From Candidatus Omnitrophota bacterium (GTDB lineage: Bacteria > Omnitrophota > Gorgyraeia > Tantalellales > Tantalellaceae), in assembly GCA_049642065.1 (NCBI GenBank), contig JBAROK010000056.1, forward strand, positions 1,072 through 65,071: 64,000 bases of DNA, read 5' to 3'. A model generated the notes under the pieces. It was not told the DNA's origin, searched no databases, and saw only the letters and a list, made by a program, of their open reading frames with translations. A program made the position numbers and the translations under genes. Each line of letters starts with the position of its first letter. Position 1 is the first letter of the stretch. Shown here piece by piece: positions 11,499-21,700 of this stretch.

Positions 11499-11912
11499 AT
11501 GAAACGACCCGTATTATTGGCACTTTTATTTGTTTTTCTGTTGGGCGGCTGCACTACAATCTCGACCGACGTAGGCACCTTCCTGGGCATGGGCCCAAGA
11601 GACCTTGAAAAAGCTAAAGCAAACGGCAAAGTAAAGGTCTTTTCCCTTTCTTATGATGATGCTTTCAGTAAAGTAACCGCTATACTTGAGGCAAACAACC
11701 TTAAAATATACCAGACTGACAGAAACCGCGGATATATCGTAGCGATAGGTTTTCCTAGACAGACCGATACCACCCGTGTAGGTATCTTTTTTGAATCCGA
11801 TGGAGACAATAAAACTAAAATAACGTTGAGCTCTCTCAGCACTACTGCACTTATTAAAGCTGAGTCAATTATTTTTGGCAATATTGAAGGAAACGTTACG
11901 GTAATCGATTAG
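11499..11912 (+). CDS. Lipoprotein of unknown function.
   Basis: Lipobox LLGGC sits after a signal peptide (MKRPVLLALLFVFLLGGCTT). RBS AAAGGA lies 8 nt upstream of the ATG at 11499. Confidence 0.5.
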   Translation: MKRPVLLALLFVFLLGGCTTISTDVGTFLGMGPRDLEKAKANGKVKVFSLSYDDAFSKVTAILEANNLKIYQTDRNRGYIVAIGFPRQTDTTRVGIFFESDGDNKTKITLSSLSTTALIKAESIIFGNIEGNVTVID

Positions 11913-11932
11913 TCGCTCCAAAGAGGGATATC

Positions 11933-12493
11933 ATGAAACATGCAATAGATGTCAGAACGGGTAATCTTCTCCTCATAGACGGCAAGATATATAAAGTCGA
12001 AGAAGTCGAGGTTAAAGGGTCCGCCAAGGTGCACAAAACAGTTAACCTCAAAATGCGCGATATCCTCGACGGCAAATATATGGAGCACACGTATCACCAG
12101 GAAGATAAGCTGGATGAGGCGGATGTACTGAACCATAAAGCACTTTATTCATATACTGATGGTACGAGTTTCTTTTTTATTGATGAAGAAACCTATGAAA
12201 ATTATGAGGTAAGCGCGGATGTCATAGGTAATAAAGACGTATTCCTCAAAGAGAACGAAAAGTACCAGATAAGTATTTATGAAGGCCGGGCCATAGACGT
12301 TATTTTTCCGGTGAGGATACGCCTGAAGGTAACCACCGCCCCACCCGGTCTCCACGGCCAAGACGTCACTACCCACAAACAAGTCACTTTAGAGAACGGC
12401 ATGGAGATCGATGTGCCTCAGTTCATCGAAGAAGGCGCTATCGTTGAGGTCGATTCAGAGACGGGAAAATATATAGACCGCGTGCAAGAATAG
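11933..12493 (+). CDS. efp: Elongation factor P family protein.
   Basis: 186 aa with KOW, OB and OB architecture. The N-terminal NLLLIDGKIYKVEEVEVKGSAKVHKT loop region is EF-P/EfpL-like. Confidence 0.75.
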   Translation: MKHAIDVRTGNLLLIDGKIYKVEEVEVKGSAKVHKTVNLKMRDILDGKYMEHTYHQEDKLDEADVLNHKALYSYTDGTSFFFIDEETYENYEVSADVIGNKDVFLKENEKYQISIYEGRAIDVIFPVRIRLKVTTAPPGLHGQDVTTHKQVTLENGMEIDVPQFIEEGAIVEVDSETGKYIDRVQE

Positions 12494-12494
12494 A

Positions 12495-13220
12495 TCAGAA
12501 AGCGTAATTCCAACCTTTATCTGAATATCTAGTCCTGACTAACTCTCGCATTTTTTGTATATCCTCATCTGAAGGAATGTAAATCTCCTCATCCGGGCCG
12601 AAAACTTCTTTTACTGCATCTTCAAGTTCTGTACGGATAAGCGGAATATTATCCACAAAATCTTTATGGGAACGGTTTTGCCGGTAATCGGGCTCTTTCC
12701 CGGGATGCCGGAGGTATTCGCTTATTAGCCCTAGGTCAAAATCATATAAAAAAGTACCGTGATGAAGAAAAAATTTCTTTTTCCTGGCTTGAGCGTTACC
12801 AGAGATCTTCTTGCCCTGGATCGCAAGATCTGATATGGGCATAAATTCTACCTCTTGTCCCCTGGTTCTGAACTGTTCTATCATCTTGCTGAGTATCTTC
12901 CGGTATGAGGCATTTATATCGGTATACTCAGGAACCTTTTCATAAGAAAGTACAAGTGAATAGTTCAAGCATCCCTCGCCCTGAAGGACGGTACCACCAC
13001 CGGATATGCGCCGGATTATTTTAATGCCGCCAGACTCGCACTTATCCGGGAAACAGTCCTCTTTTATTTTTCCAGACCTGCCGAGAACCACAAAATGTGT
13101 CCGGCTTTCCCAGAACCGCAGGCTCTCCCCAATACCGTCCGCTTCTGCTTTTTGAAGAAGCATCTCGTCCAGAGCAATATTTTCTTCAGGGATATTGGAA
13201 TTGAATTCTACCAGTTTCAT
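12495..13220 (-). CDS. Lipoate-protein ligase / octanoyltransferase family protein (BPL/LPL catalytic domain).
   Basis: LRFWESRTHFVVLGRSGK and GGGTVLQGEGCLNYSLVL are typical of LplA/LipM catalytic domains. It is directly downstream of gcvPB. Confidence 0.65.
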   Translation of the reverse strand: MKLVEFNSNIPEENIALDEMLLQKAEADGIGESLRFWESRTHFVVLGRSGKIKEDCFPDKCESGGIKIIRRISGGGTVLQGEGCLNYSLVLSYEKVPEYTDINASYRKILSKMIEQFRTRGQEVEFMPISDLAIQGKKISGNAQARKKKFFLHHGTFLYDFDLGLISEYLRHPGKEPDYRQNRSHKDFVDNIPLIRTELEDAVKEVFGPDEEIYIPSDEDIQKMRELVRTRYSDKGWNYAF

Positions 13221-13224
13221 CGGG

Positions 13225-14676
13225 TTATTCAGGAAGATCGCAAAGGTTCATATCCTTCGCGGCTTTAACTTCGTCCAGACGTCCGACAGGACTCTTTTTG
13301 GGGAATTCTTTAAAGATTTGCGGATCTTTTTCCGCAAGATCCGCGAGTTCAAGCATAACTTCTATGAACCTATCCAGCGTCTCTTTAGATTCGGTCTCGG
13401 TGGGTTCTATCATCATCGCTTCTTTTACTATCAGCGGGAAATATATTGTCGGCGGATGTATCCCCTCGTCAATAAGTGCCTTTGCTATATCAATCGCACG
13501 TACGCCTTTTTTTGCCTGGATTGAAGCGGATAGCACAAATTCATGCAGGCATCCTTCTTGATACGGAATATCGTACCGGTCCTTTAGCTGGCTCAATAAA
13601 TAGTTAGCGTTAAGAACCGCGTTTTCGCTTACTTCGATAAGTCCTTCCTTGCCTAAAAGCAGTATATAAGCATACGCTTTTAGCATAACGGCAAAATTGC
13701 CGTAGAAAGGCGATATATATCCTATGGAAAGTGGCCTGTCATAATCCAGCGCAAAAGTCCCGTCTTGCCGTTTTACGACTCGTGAAGTAGGCAGAAACGG
13801 TGCCAGGTGTTCTTTCACTCCCACTGGACCGGATCCTGGCCCCCCTCCACCATGCGGAGTAGCAAACGTTTTGTGAAGGTTCAGATGCACTACATCAAAC
13901 CCAAGATCGCCCGGTCTTGCCTTGCCTAAAATAGCGTTAAGATTAGCGCCGTCATAATACATAAGCGCACCGGCTTCATGCGCCAAGTCCGTGATCTCCC
14001 TGATATGAGGATTGAACACCCCGGCCGTATTAGGACAGGTAAGCATAACGGCTGCCACCTCTTTGTTCAGCATTTCCTTGAACTTATCAAAATCCATTAT
14101 GCCTTTTTCATCCGACGGCACGGGTTTTACTTCATATCCCGCGATAGCTGCAGTAGCCGGGTTAGTGCCATGACCTGAATCCGGTATCAGAATATATTTT
14201 TTGTCGTTACCGATATGCCTGTGATACGCCGCGATGATCATTATACCCGTAAGTTCCCCGTGCGCTCCCGCCATGGGATGCGTCGTATACTCATCCATCC
14301 CGGTTATCTCAGACAGCGCGTTCTCAAGGTTACTTATAATCTCCAACGCGCCTTGTGTAAGCATCCCTCCCCTGATAAGCTGCGGCTGGAGCGGATGCAG
14401 TGAAGTGAACCGTTCCTGAGAAGCTATTTTTTCGGTGAACTTGGGGTTATATTTCATAGTGCAGGAACCAAGAGGATAAAAATGGGAATCCACCCCGAAA
14501 TTCATTTTCGAAAGATTGGTAAAATGTCTTACTACCTGAGGTTCTGAAACGCATGGAAGTTCCGCGTCTTTAGCTCTTTTGAACTTACGGTCTACCTTTA
14601 CTTCCGCTGGAACGTCACTTAACGGTAGTGACACCCCTTTGCGGCCGGGTTTTGATCTTTCGAATATCAGCTCCAT
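13225..14676 (-). CDS. gcvPB: Glycine dehydrogenase (decarboxylating) subunit 2.
   Basis: Family similarity; the PLP-lysine region is HLNLHKTFATPHGGGGPG. Confidence 0.9.
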   Translation of the reverse strand: MELIFERSKPGRKGVSLPLSDVPAEVKVDRKFKRAKDAELPCVSEPQVVRHFTNLSKMNFGVDSHFYPLGSCTMKYNPKFTEKIASQERFTSLHPLQPQLIRGGMLTQGALEIISNLENALSEITGMDEYTTHPMAGAHGELTGIMIIAAYHRHIGNDKKYILIPDSGHGTNPATAAIAGYEVKPVPSDEKGIMDFDKFKEMLNKEVAAVMLTCPNTAGVFNPHIREITDLAHEAGALMYYDGANLNAILGKARPGDLGFDVVHLNLHKTFATPHGGGGPGSGPVGVKEHLAPFLPTSRVVKRQDGTFALDYDRPLSIGYISPFYGNFAVMLKAYAYILLLGKEGLIEVSENAVLNANYLLSQLKDRYDIPYQEGCLHEFVLSASIQAKKGVRAIDIAKALIDEGIHPPTIYFPLIVKEAMMIEPTETESKETLDRFIEVMLELADLAEKDPQIFKEFPKKSPVGRLDEVKAAKDMNLCDLPE

Positions 14677-16010
14677 AATGCGGCCTCCAGTGCGTCAGCA
14701 AATACAGCAATTTCCTGCTTGGTCCTTTTCTCAGTTACGGCTATAAGCATATAGTTCTGCATACCTGCATAGTACCGGCCAAGCGGGAACCCTGCAGCTA
14801 TACCTTTATCGATCATCTTGCCTATTATCTCGTTTGGATCTTTGGGCAACGTTATGACGAACTCATTGAACGTAGGCCAGCTTCTTTTAACTTCCACACC
14901 TTCTATTTCTTCTAATCTTTGTTTAGCATACTCGGCTTTATCCATACAAAGCTGCGCTACTTTCTTCAATCCTTCCTTACCTAAAAGGCTCATGTAAATA
15001 AGCGACCTTAACGCACACAACGCCTCATTAGAACATATATTCGATGTGGCCTTTTCCCTGCGTATATGCTGCTCTCTGGCCTGCAGGGTAAGAACGAACC
15101 CTCTGCGGCCTTTTCCGTCAGTTGTCTCACCAACTATACGTCCCGGCATTTTCCGGACGTACTCTTTCTTGGTCGCCATGAACCCCAGGTACGGGCCTCC
15201 GAACGAAAGCGGTATGCCCAGACTCTGCCCTTCTCCGGTAACAATATCGGCGTCCATTTCACGCGGCGTTTTCAATATCCCCAGAGATATCGGATACACA
15301 CTTTCTATAACAAGTGCCCCCAGCTTGTGACATTTTTTTGCTATATCGCTGTGATCATCAATCGCCCCAAAAAAATTAGGGTTCTGGAGTATAACAGCCG
15401 CCGTTTTATCATCAAGATACTTATCGATTTCGTCTCTGTAACTATGGCCATGGACCAGAGGAGTCTCTACGAACTCAATCGAAAGGTTGCTTGTGTAACA
15501 GTACATCATCTTACGGTAGATGGGGCTAACGCCGCCATCCATAATTATCTTATTCTTGCCGGTTATGCGTATAGCCATCATAGCCGCTTCGTAAAGTGCC
15601 GTACCGCCGTCATAAAGCGACGCGTTCGCCACGTCCATCTCCGTTAACCGGCATATGCAGCTCTGGTACTCGTAGATAGCTTGCAAAGTTCCCTGTGAAG
15701 CTTCGGGCTGGTAAGGAGTATAAGCCGTATAGAATTCCGACCGCGAAACAAGAGCATCTACCGCGGCGGGAATAAAATGGTCGTAAAACCCACCACCGAC
15801 AAAAGTCATCATATCTGTAGCGTTCTTTTTCGCCAGGCCCCTAAGATAATTTTCAACTTCCATCTCTGATTTGCCAGGCGGAAGATCAAACGAACGGGCC
15901 TTTAGATCGGAAGGTATGCATTTAAACAGATCATCGATCTTTCCGGACTTGATGCCTATCGCTTTCAGCATATCCCTTCTATCTTCGGGAGTGTGTGGAA
16001 TATAAGTCAC
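14667..16010 (-). CDS. gcvPA: Glycine dehydrogenase (decarboxylating) subunit 1.
   Basis: GcvPA family; it overlaps gcvPB by 10 nt. Confidence 0.9.
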   Translation of the reverse strand: MTYIPHTPEDRRDMLKAIGIKSGKIDDLFKCIPSDLKARSFDLPPGKSEMEVENYLRGLAKKNATDMMTFVGGGFYDHFIPAAVDALVSRSEFYTAYTPYQPEASQGTLQAIYEYQSCICRLTEMDVANASLYDGGTALYEAAMMAIRITGKNKIIMDGGVSPIYRKMMYCYTSNLSIEFVETPLVHGHSYRDEIDKYLDDKTAAVILQNPNFFGAIDDHSDIAKKCHKLGALVIESVYPISLGILKTPREMDADIVTGEGQSLGIPLSFGGPYLGFMATKKEYVRKMPGRIVGETTDGKGRRGFVLTLQAREQHIRREKATSNICSNEALCALRSLIYMSLLGKEGLKKVAQLCMDKAEYAKQRLEEIEGVEVKRSWPTFNEFVITLPKDPNEIIGKMIDKGIAAGFPLGRYYAGMQNYMLIAVTEKRTKQEIAVFADALEAALWS

Positions 16011-16393
16011 TATTCGTTTTCCTTTAAATATTTTTCGTATTCGTCTGCGGACATAAGGCTGTCCTGTTCTTCAGAATCCGATATATTAACTCGGCAGATC
16101 CATCCGTCCTCATAGGGCGAAGAATTGATGACCTCCGGGTTGTCCTGAAGAGTTTCATTCACTTCTAAAACTTTTCCCGAAAGCGGCGCGTAAATATCGC
16201 TGGCAGCTTTTACTGATTCGATCGTCGCTATACTGTCAGTTTGTTTTATCTCGCCGTCTTTAGCCGGAAGCTCAATAAACGTTATATCTCCAAGGGCGGA
16301 TTGCGCGTGATCGGTAATTCCGAAAACCGCATTATCTCCTTCTATCTTCACCCATTCATGTTCTCTAGTATACTTTAGGTCTTGCGGTATCAT
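16010..16393 (-). CDS. gcvH: Glycine cleavage system H protein.
   Basis: The lipoyl-lysine motif ESVKAASD is present; 127 aa. Confidence 0.9.
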   Translation of the reverse strand: MIPQDLKYTREHEWVKIEGDNAVFGITDHAQSALGDITFIELPAKDGEIKQTDSIATIESVKAASDIYAPLSGKVLEVNETLQDNPEVINSSPYEDGWICRVNISDSEEQDSLMSADEYEKYLKENE

Positions 16394-16416
16394 CTTTCCT
16401 CCTTTTCCGTTATAGC

Positions 16417-17529
16417 TTACAGGTTGCCCACATGTACGTGCGGAGTTATAAATGGAACGCTTTTTACACGTCCACCAATCTCTATTTTACCATCGCTAAG
16501 AACTATTTCTTTATCATCAGCAACACTACCCTTCTCCATATAACACATCCCTATAGCCTGTTTCAGACTAGGCGAGAACGCACCGCTTGTAACTTCACCG
16601 ACTTCTTTACCGTCAGCAAAGACACCGAAATGGCCTCTGGCACTTCTTCGCCCTTCGCATATGAAACCCGTTAAAATACGAGATACTCCCTCTTTTTCCT
16701 GACGAACCAAGGCTTCTTTCCCGATAAAGTCTTTTTCCATACAAACGAATTTAGCATGATCCGCTTCCAGCGGAGTGTGCTCCTCATCGATATCACTGCC
16801 ATAAAGCGAGTACCCCATCTCCAGCCTCAGAGTATCACGCGCACCGAGCCCTGCGGGTTTTACTCCCTCGCACGCTAAAAGCGTATCCCATATTCTTTCT
16901 GCCGAAGAAACCGGGAAAAACAGTTCATACCCCAACTCCCCGGTATACCCCGTACGGCTAAGCAGAATTCTCGCTCCGTTCACTTCAACTTTCTTGAACC
17001 AGAACCTCTTAAGGCTTTCAATCACATCGTCTCCACACAGCGACGCCATTATCTTACCGGTAATCGGTCCCTGTATATCAACTTTGGCGATATTGCTGGA
17101 ATCGTCTATAAAAAAAGTGTCAGAAGATATATTGGCTTCTATCCAGGCCCTATCCTTATCAACAGTACCGGCATTAACGACAAGCATGAACTCTTCCTGG
17201 GATATCTTATAAACGATAAGATCATCAATGATCCCGCCATTTTCGTTGAGCATGAAACCGTAATGACATTTACCTTCCGGCATATCGTCAACGTGGCAGG
17301 TTACCAGTCTATTCAGGTCTTTTGCGGATGAAGGCCCCTTGAGGAAGAACTCTCCCATATGGCATATATCAAACAAACCCGCTCTTGAGCGTGTGTGCAT
17401 ATGCTCCTCTATTATACCCGCATACTGTACAGGCATTTCCCATCCGGAAAAAGGGACCATCCTAGCTCCCTCTTCCACATGTTTATAATAAAGAGGAGTT
17501 CTTTTAAGATCGCTCTTATTCTCTGACAT
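16417..17529 (-). CDS. gcvT: Glycine cleavage system T protein (aminomethyltransferase).
   Basis: GcvT family, 370 aa. Confidence 0.9.
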   Translation of the reverse strand: MSENKSDLKRTPLYYKHVEEGARMVPFSGWEMPVQYAGIIEEHMHTRSRAGLFDICHMGEFFLKGPSSAKDLNRLVTCHVDDMPEGKCHYGFMLNENGGIIDDLIVYKISQEEFMLVVNAGTVDKDRAWIEANISSDTFFIDDSSNIAKVDIQGPITGKIMASLCGDDVIESLKRFWFKKVEVNGARILLSRTGYTGELGYELFFPVSSAERIWDTLLACEGVKPAGLGARDTLRLEMGYSLYGSDIDEEHTPLEADHAKFVCMEKDFIGKEALVRQEKEGVSRILTGFICEGRRSARGHFGVFADGKEVGEVTSGAFSPSLKQAIGMCYMEKGSVADDKEIVLSDGKIEIGGRVKSVPFITPHVHVGNL

Positions 17530-17712
17530 GTAAACAGTTTCTTACACAGGATAAATTAGAAGGACCAAAAACCCAGGCGTGCGGTTTTTGGTACCACGCT
17601 CCCTTGTGGTTTCCCACTGAACCGCGTATTCGGAAACGCGGCCTGACCTGCAGGATCCGATGATAAGGTCCGGAATGGATTGATCTTGCAAGGTCAATAC
17701 GCCAGTCGCACT
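17530..17712 (-). promoter_or_regulatory. Structured 5' leader of the gcv operon. It is a candidate glycine riboswitch or other cis-regulatory RNA.
   Basis: About 180 nt of GC-enriched leader with several stem-loops. These include CCGCGTttccgaatACGCGG, CCACaagggagcGTGG and ACCAAAAACCgcacgcctgGGTTTTTGGT. GGGAAACCACAAGGGAGCG is reminiscent of glycine-aptamer P3 (AAACCACCAAAGGGGAC in B. subtilis aptamer 2). The full consensus (GGAGAG / CUCAGGCAAAAGGAC) was not found. Confidence 0.35.
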
Positions 17713-17719
17713 TGCTCTC

Positions 17720-17747
17720 ATTATAGAATATATGTATGAGTTGTCAA
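17720..17747 (-). promoter_or_regulatory. Sigma70-type promoter for gcvT, gcvH, gcvPA, gcvPB.
   Basis: On the minus strand, TTGACA, a 16-nt spacer and TATAAT match consensus at all 12 positions. Confidence 0.6.
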
Positions 17748-17789
17748 GCTATCAGATTATGATAAGTAAAATATCAAAAAGTGGGTGTG

Positions 17790-18728
17790 TCAATCGGCTT
17801 TGGACGCCTTAGTATAGGCTTCTTGGGCCCGGTAAGAACTTCTCACCATAGGAGCGGCAAGAACGGCTTTAAAGCCCATTTTTTCAGCTTCTTCGCGCAA
17901 AGAAGCGAATTCATCGGGACTGTAATACCTCTTTACAGGATAGTGCTCTTCTGAAGGGCTCAGATACTGTCCCATATACACGATATCTGTCCCAGCGTCT
18001 TTTAAATCACGTAACGTTGCGGATATATCTTTCTCCCCTTCGCCAAGACCCAGCATAAGAGCTGACTTGACCAAGATCTGGGCTCCTTCAAGTTTCATTG
18101 AATTAAGCATGCGAATGGTTTTTAAGGATCTCTGGTAACTCGCGTTAGGCCGTATGTTCCCATAAAGCGCTTCCGGCATTTCGATATTGTGCCCTACCAC
18201 TTCGGCTGTTGAAAACGCTACTTGCCTCAAAAGATCAGGATCCGCGTCCAGATCAGGTATAAGCAGTTCTACAAGAACATCCGAAATAAGAGTTTTTATT
18301 TCTTTGACCGTCGAAACAAAATGCCCTGCTCCTTTATCTTCTAGATCATCGCGGGTGACCGAGGTTACCACCACGTATTTTGATCCGAGTTCTCTCACGG
18401 CTTTAGCCACGTTAGCCGGCTCCTGCGGGTTTACTGAATCGGGCTCACCGCCTGTTACATTGCAGAAAATACAACCTCTGGTACACGCCTCTCCAAGTAT
18501 CATGAAAGTAACGTGACGGGCTTCCCAGCATTCACCCTTGTTCGGACACGCAGCTTCAACACAGACAGTATTGAGTTTCAACTCTCTTATGAGACTCCTC
18601 ACATCCTTGTAGTTTTCGTCCCAGGATACTGTTCCACGTATCCATGCTGGCTTCTGCAATATATTCTTCATAGTTTTAAATCTCTGTACGGCTTTTTCAT
18701 CAGTACTTTCTTTTTCGTTATAAATCAT
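17790..18728 (-). CDS. lipA: Lipoyl synthase (radical SAM).
   Basis: ACPNKGECW is the auxiliary cluster motif and CTRGCIFCNV is the radical SAM CxxxCxxC motif. Confidence 0.9.
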   Translation of the reverse strand: MIYNEKESTDEKAVQRFKTMKNILQKPAWIRGTVSWDENYKDVRSLIRELKLNTVCVEAACPNKGECWEARHVTFMILGEACTRGCIFCNVTGGEPDSVNPQEPANVAKAVRELGSKYVVVTSVTRDDLEDKGAGHFVSTVKEIKTLISDVLVELLIPDLDADPDLLRQVAFSTAEVVGHNIEMPEALYGNIRPNASYQRSLKTIRMLNSMKLEGAQILVKSALMLGLGEGEKDISATLRDLKDAGTDIVYMGQYLSPSEEHYPVKRYYSPDEFASLREEAEKMGFKAVLAAPMVRSSYRAQEAYTKASKAD

Positions 18729-18776
18729 ATTGTAAGCCAGCTTAATAGGAAGTCAAGGGATAGTGTATTAAGAATA

Positions 18777-21700
18777 TTACAGTGAGTGCAGGAACTGCTC
18801 AGAGGCACGCATTTTTTCGTCAAGGCCCTTCCAAGAAACGCGTTCTGCAGGTTTTAGGACGATCATACCATTTACAAGTCTTCCCGGAGCCTGCTTGAAA
18901 GCGTCTATAATATCACTGTCTTTTGTTATTATACCCAGGATAGCCGCAATCATATCTTTTAACCTGGCCCGGCGTTCTCTTTTTAGGTTATTTCTCTTAT
19001 CGAAAAGATCCATTACAGATAAAGCTAGAGCAGAACGAATATAGAACGGAACTGCAGTAAATGTTTCACTTGCGATCTCGCCTTCTTCTTTTATACAAAA
19101 TATCCTGGATTTATATTTTGCTTTCAAATCCCCGTTATTCTGATCGAAGAATTTTCCGTCTGCGAATATTAATGCTCTGACATTTTCATCTTCATCTACA
19201 AGCCGCAGCAACGTACCTATAGCCTTATCCCTGCTTGAGTCTCCCACAAGATAAGGTAGCGGCACTATAGAAAAACCGTAATCCCCCTTATACATTCTTC
19301 TCTTCAGTTCGCTTGCCATCTGAACTTCTTTCGCGAACACTGTTTCATTATAAACAGGATACGCTATTATGCGGGTCTCTTTGGGAAAACGTGCTGCGCC
19401 CAGCATTAACCTGGACAGCCATTGTCCCATAGTATCCACATTCTTTTTCCTTCTGACGGTTTCTTCTTTTTCCCTGGCAGTCTGTTCGGAATGGCTACTT
19501 CCCGAGTACATTTCCGAATCCAACACATCGCTGGCCGTTTCGGAAAAATCATCGTCACTCATTACTCTTTCTTCAAAACCGCTTGCCACTTCCCTGTTGA
19601 ACAATACTTCCAGCCTTTCCAACACATCGCTTAACATCTTTCCGCCAACATCTTTTCCGTTCTCCGGTGGCATATCTTCGCTTTCAGCCTTGTCTGGGGT
19701 TGATACATCTGCTTTGGTATCAGCTCCGATTATCCCAAGATCTTTCAAGTCCTCTTCGGTTAGATACTTGAACGTAAGATCCATGATATGTTCGACGGCT
19801 TCCATAGCATTTTTGACACGTTTAGTCGCCGGAGAATCCCCAACTACCGAATATATTCGTTTTCTTATCCTGTCGAAACTTAAATAAAGTCGCCTCATCT
19901 GTTTGCGAGCAATAAATTCTACCATTTCGGCTGATTTCCGTTCTCTTTTTTCAAAAAGAACGGCGCCAAATGCTTCTATCTGACTGAGCTTATCTATAAA
20001 TTCCGGTTTATTCAAATCCATGAAGATCGATTTCAGCCCGGTACCTTGAGACTTCCCGGGCACCATATCTTGTATACAAAATTCCTGCAGGTTACGCATA
20101 AGAGCTGGATAATATAGACCGGTAATATCGTTTATATCTTTTGTAATGGTTTCTCTAGTAATCGTCGTAGTCTCTCCCGCCTTGGCGCCTCTACTTCTAT
20201 ACTGGACAGGCAACTCTTCACCAAACATAATAATTGTACCTCTCATGTTCCGTGCCTTAGCTTCCATCATTGCTTTATCGGCTTCCTGAATGGCCTCCAT
20301 AGCGTTGCCGAGATTCTCTTTTTCTATGCCTCTAACACCAATAGTCACTGCTATTTCGTCATTTTCCCTAAGGCCTTCGGGCCTTAACTTCTTTACGTTA
20401 GTCTGGATATTGCGGGCTACTATCTTGGCATTCGCAGCGGTAGCTTCGGGAATTACCACCATGAACTCCTCTCCACCCCAACGGAAAACGACATCAGAAC
20501 CACGAACCGTCCTGAGAATAGCGTTAGATACCGCTGTCAGCACCCTGTCACCGAAAGTATGTTTTTCCGGATAAGTGTCGTTAAAACGTTTAAATTTATC
20601 AATGTCAATAAAAAGTATAGACGCCTGGCTCATGGTAGTAAGACGCGGATTGACTTTATGTTCAAAATACCACTTATTAAATAGTCCCGTGAGCTGATCC
20701 CTGTACTTCGCCTCCTGGGCGGCCCAGCTGTTGATGAGTTTTATCCTGACCTTGTCACCTTTCATGGGGCTTATATCGAAAAGCATCTCCTGGACCATTT
20801 CTGTACTACCGTATTTATCCGCATCCGCTTCGAGGTTCTGGGCTTCAATATTCTCTGGCAGTTTAGACCTGTCAAAGATACGCAGGCTTCTAAGACCGTA
20901 CCCAAGCGTATCGTTAACTATAATCTCACCGTTCTCATCGGTATCTATTACCCATTGCCATCCGCATTCCCCGCGACTTGCATACTCTCTCTGCTCTTCT
21001 ATTAATCCTTCCAATATTTCCTTCTGTTTAGTTGGCGTGATGCCTGGTCTATACAAACGCCTCAAAACTCTACACATATATGATTTCTCGTTTTTTCCTC
21101 TTACAGTAGAAGGATTGGACATATAACCGGAAAAAGTTCTGCTACATGAAAACTGACATGTGAGAACACCCTGAGGAACATCCAGTATATAATCAAAGGT
21201 GTCAACATCGCCCATTCCCCTTAGCTGCTGTTCGACTATCTGCCCTTCATAAGTACGCAGATACGCTCTTTTCCTGGCTATACCCTTGGCGAAATCAACG
21301 CCAGTATTACTCTCCCGGGAAAAGAGTTCTCTTAGTATATCCGCCATGTCCTTGTTACCCGTATATCCACTGGCTGGTTCTAGATCTGCAGAAGGATCCA
21401 TGAATCCGTATACACGTTTCATGCAATCTTCATCTGTCATGCCCATTAATGCTGGAATGCTTATTACGCTGTATTCCCGGTTAGTATCGTAATCTCTAGG
21501 AACATTAGGAGCAGGCCTGTATCCCATGGATCTAAGAAGCAGAATTGCCCGGTCTCCCAGACTTACAACTATGCCCTCCTTATCATCACTTTTCGCAACG
21601 TCTATAGCAGCATTGACTCTCAACAGGAAAGAAGCCGCAAAATCCGTATCAATGCCGAGATTACTCCAAAGGCTCTTTATCTGTATGGTAGATGCCAGGA

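Noticed and set aside
11933-12493. Considered flagging efp as an EfpL/YeiP paralogue, or as lacking modification-enzyme partners.
   Set aside because: Loop length and sequence are ambiguous between EF-P and EfpL by eye, and the absence of EpmA/EpmB/EarP in a 64-kb window is uninformative.
17530-17712. Considered calling the gcvT leader a definite tandem glycine riboswitch.
   Set aside because: I could not find the hallmark GGAGAG / GCCGAAGGAGCAA / CUCAGGCAAAAGGAC consensus blocks. It is kept only as a candidate structured leader pending a covariance-model search.
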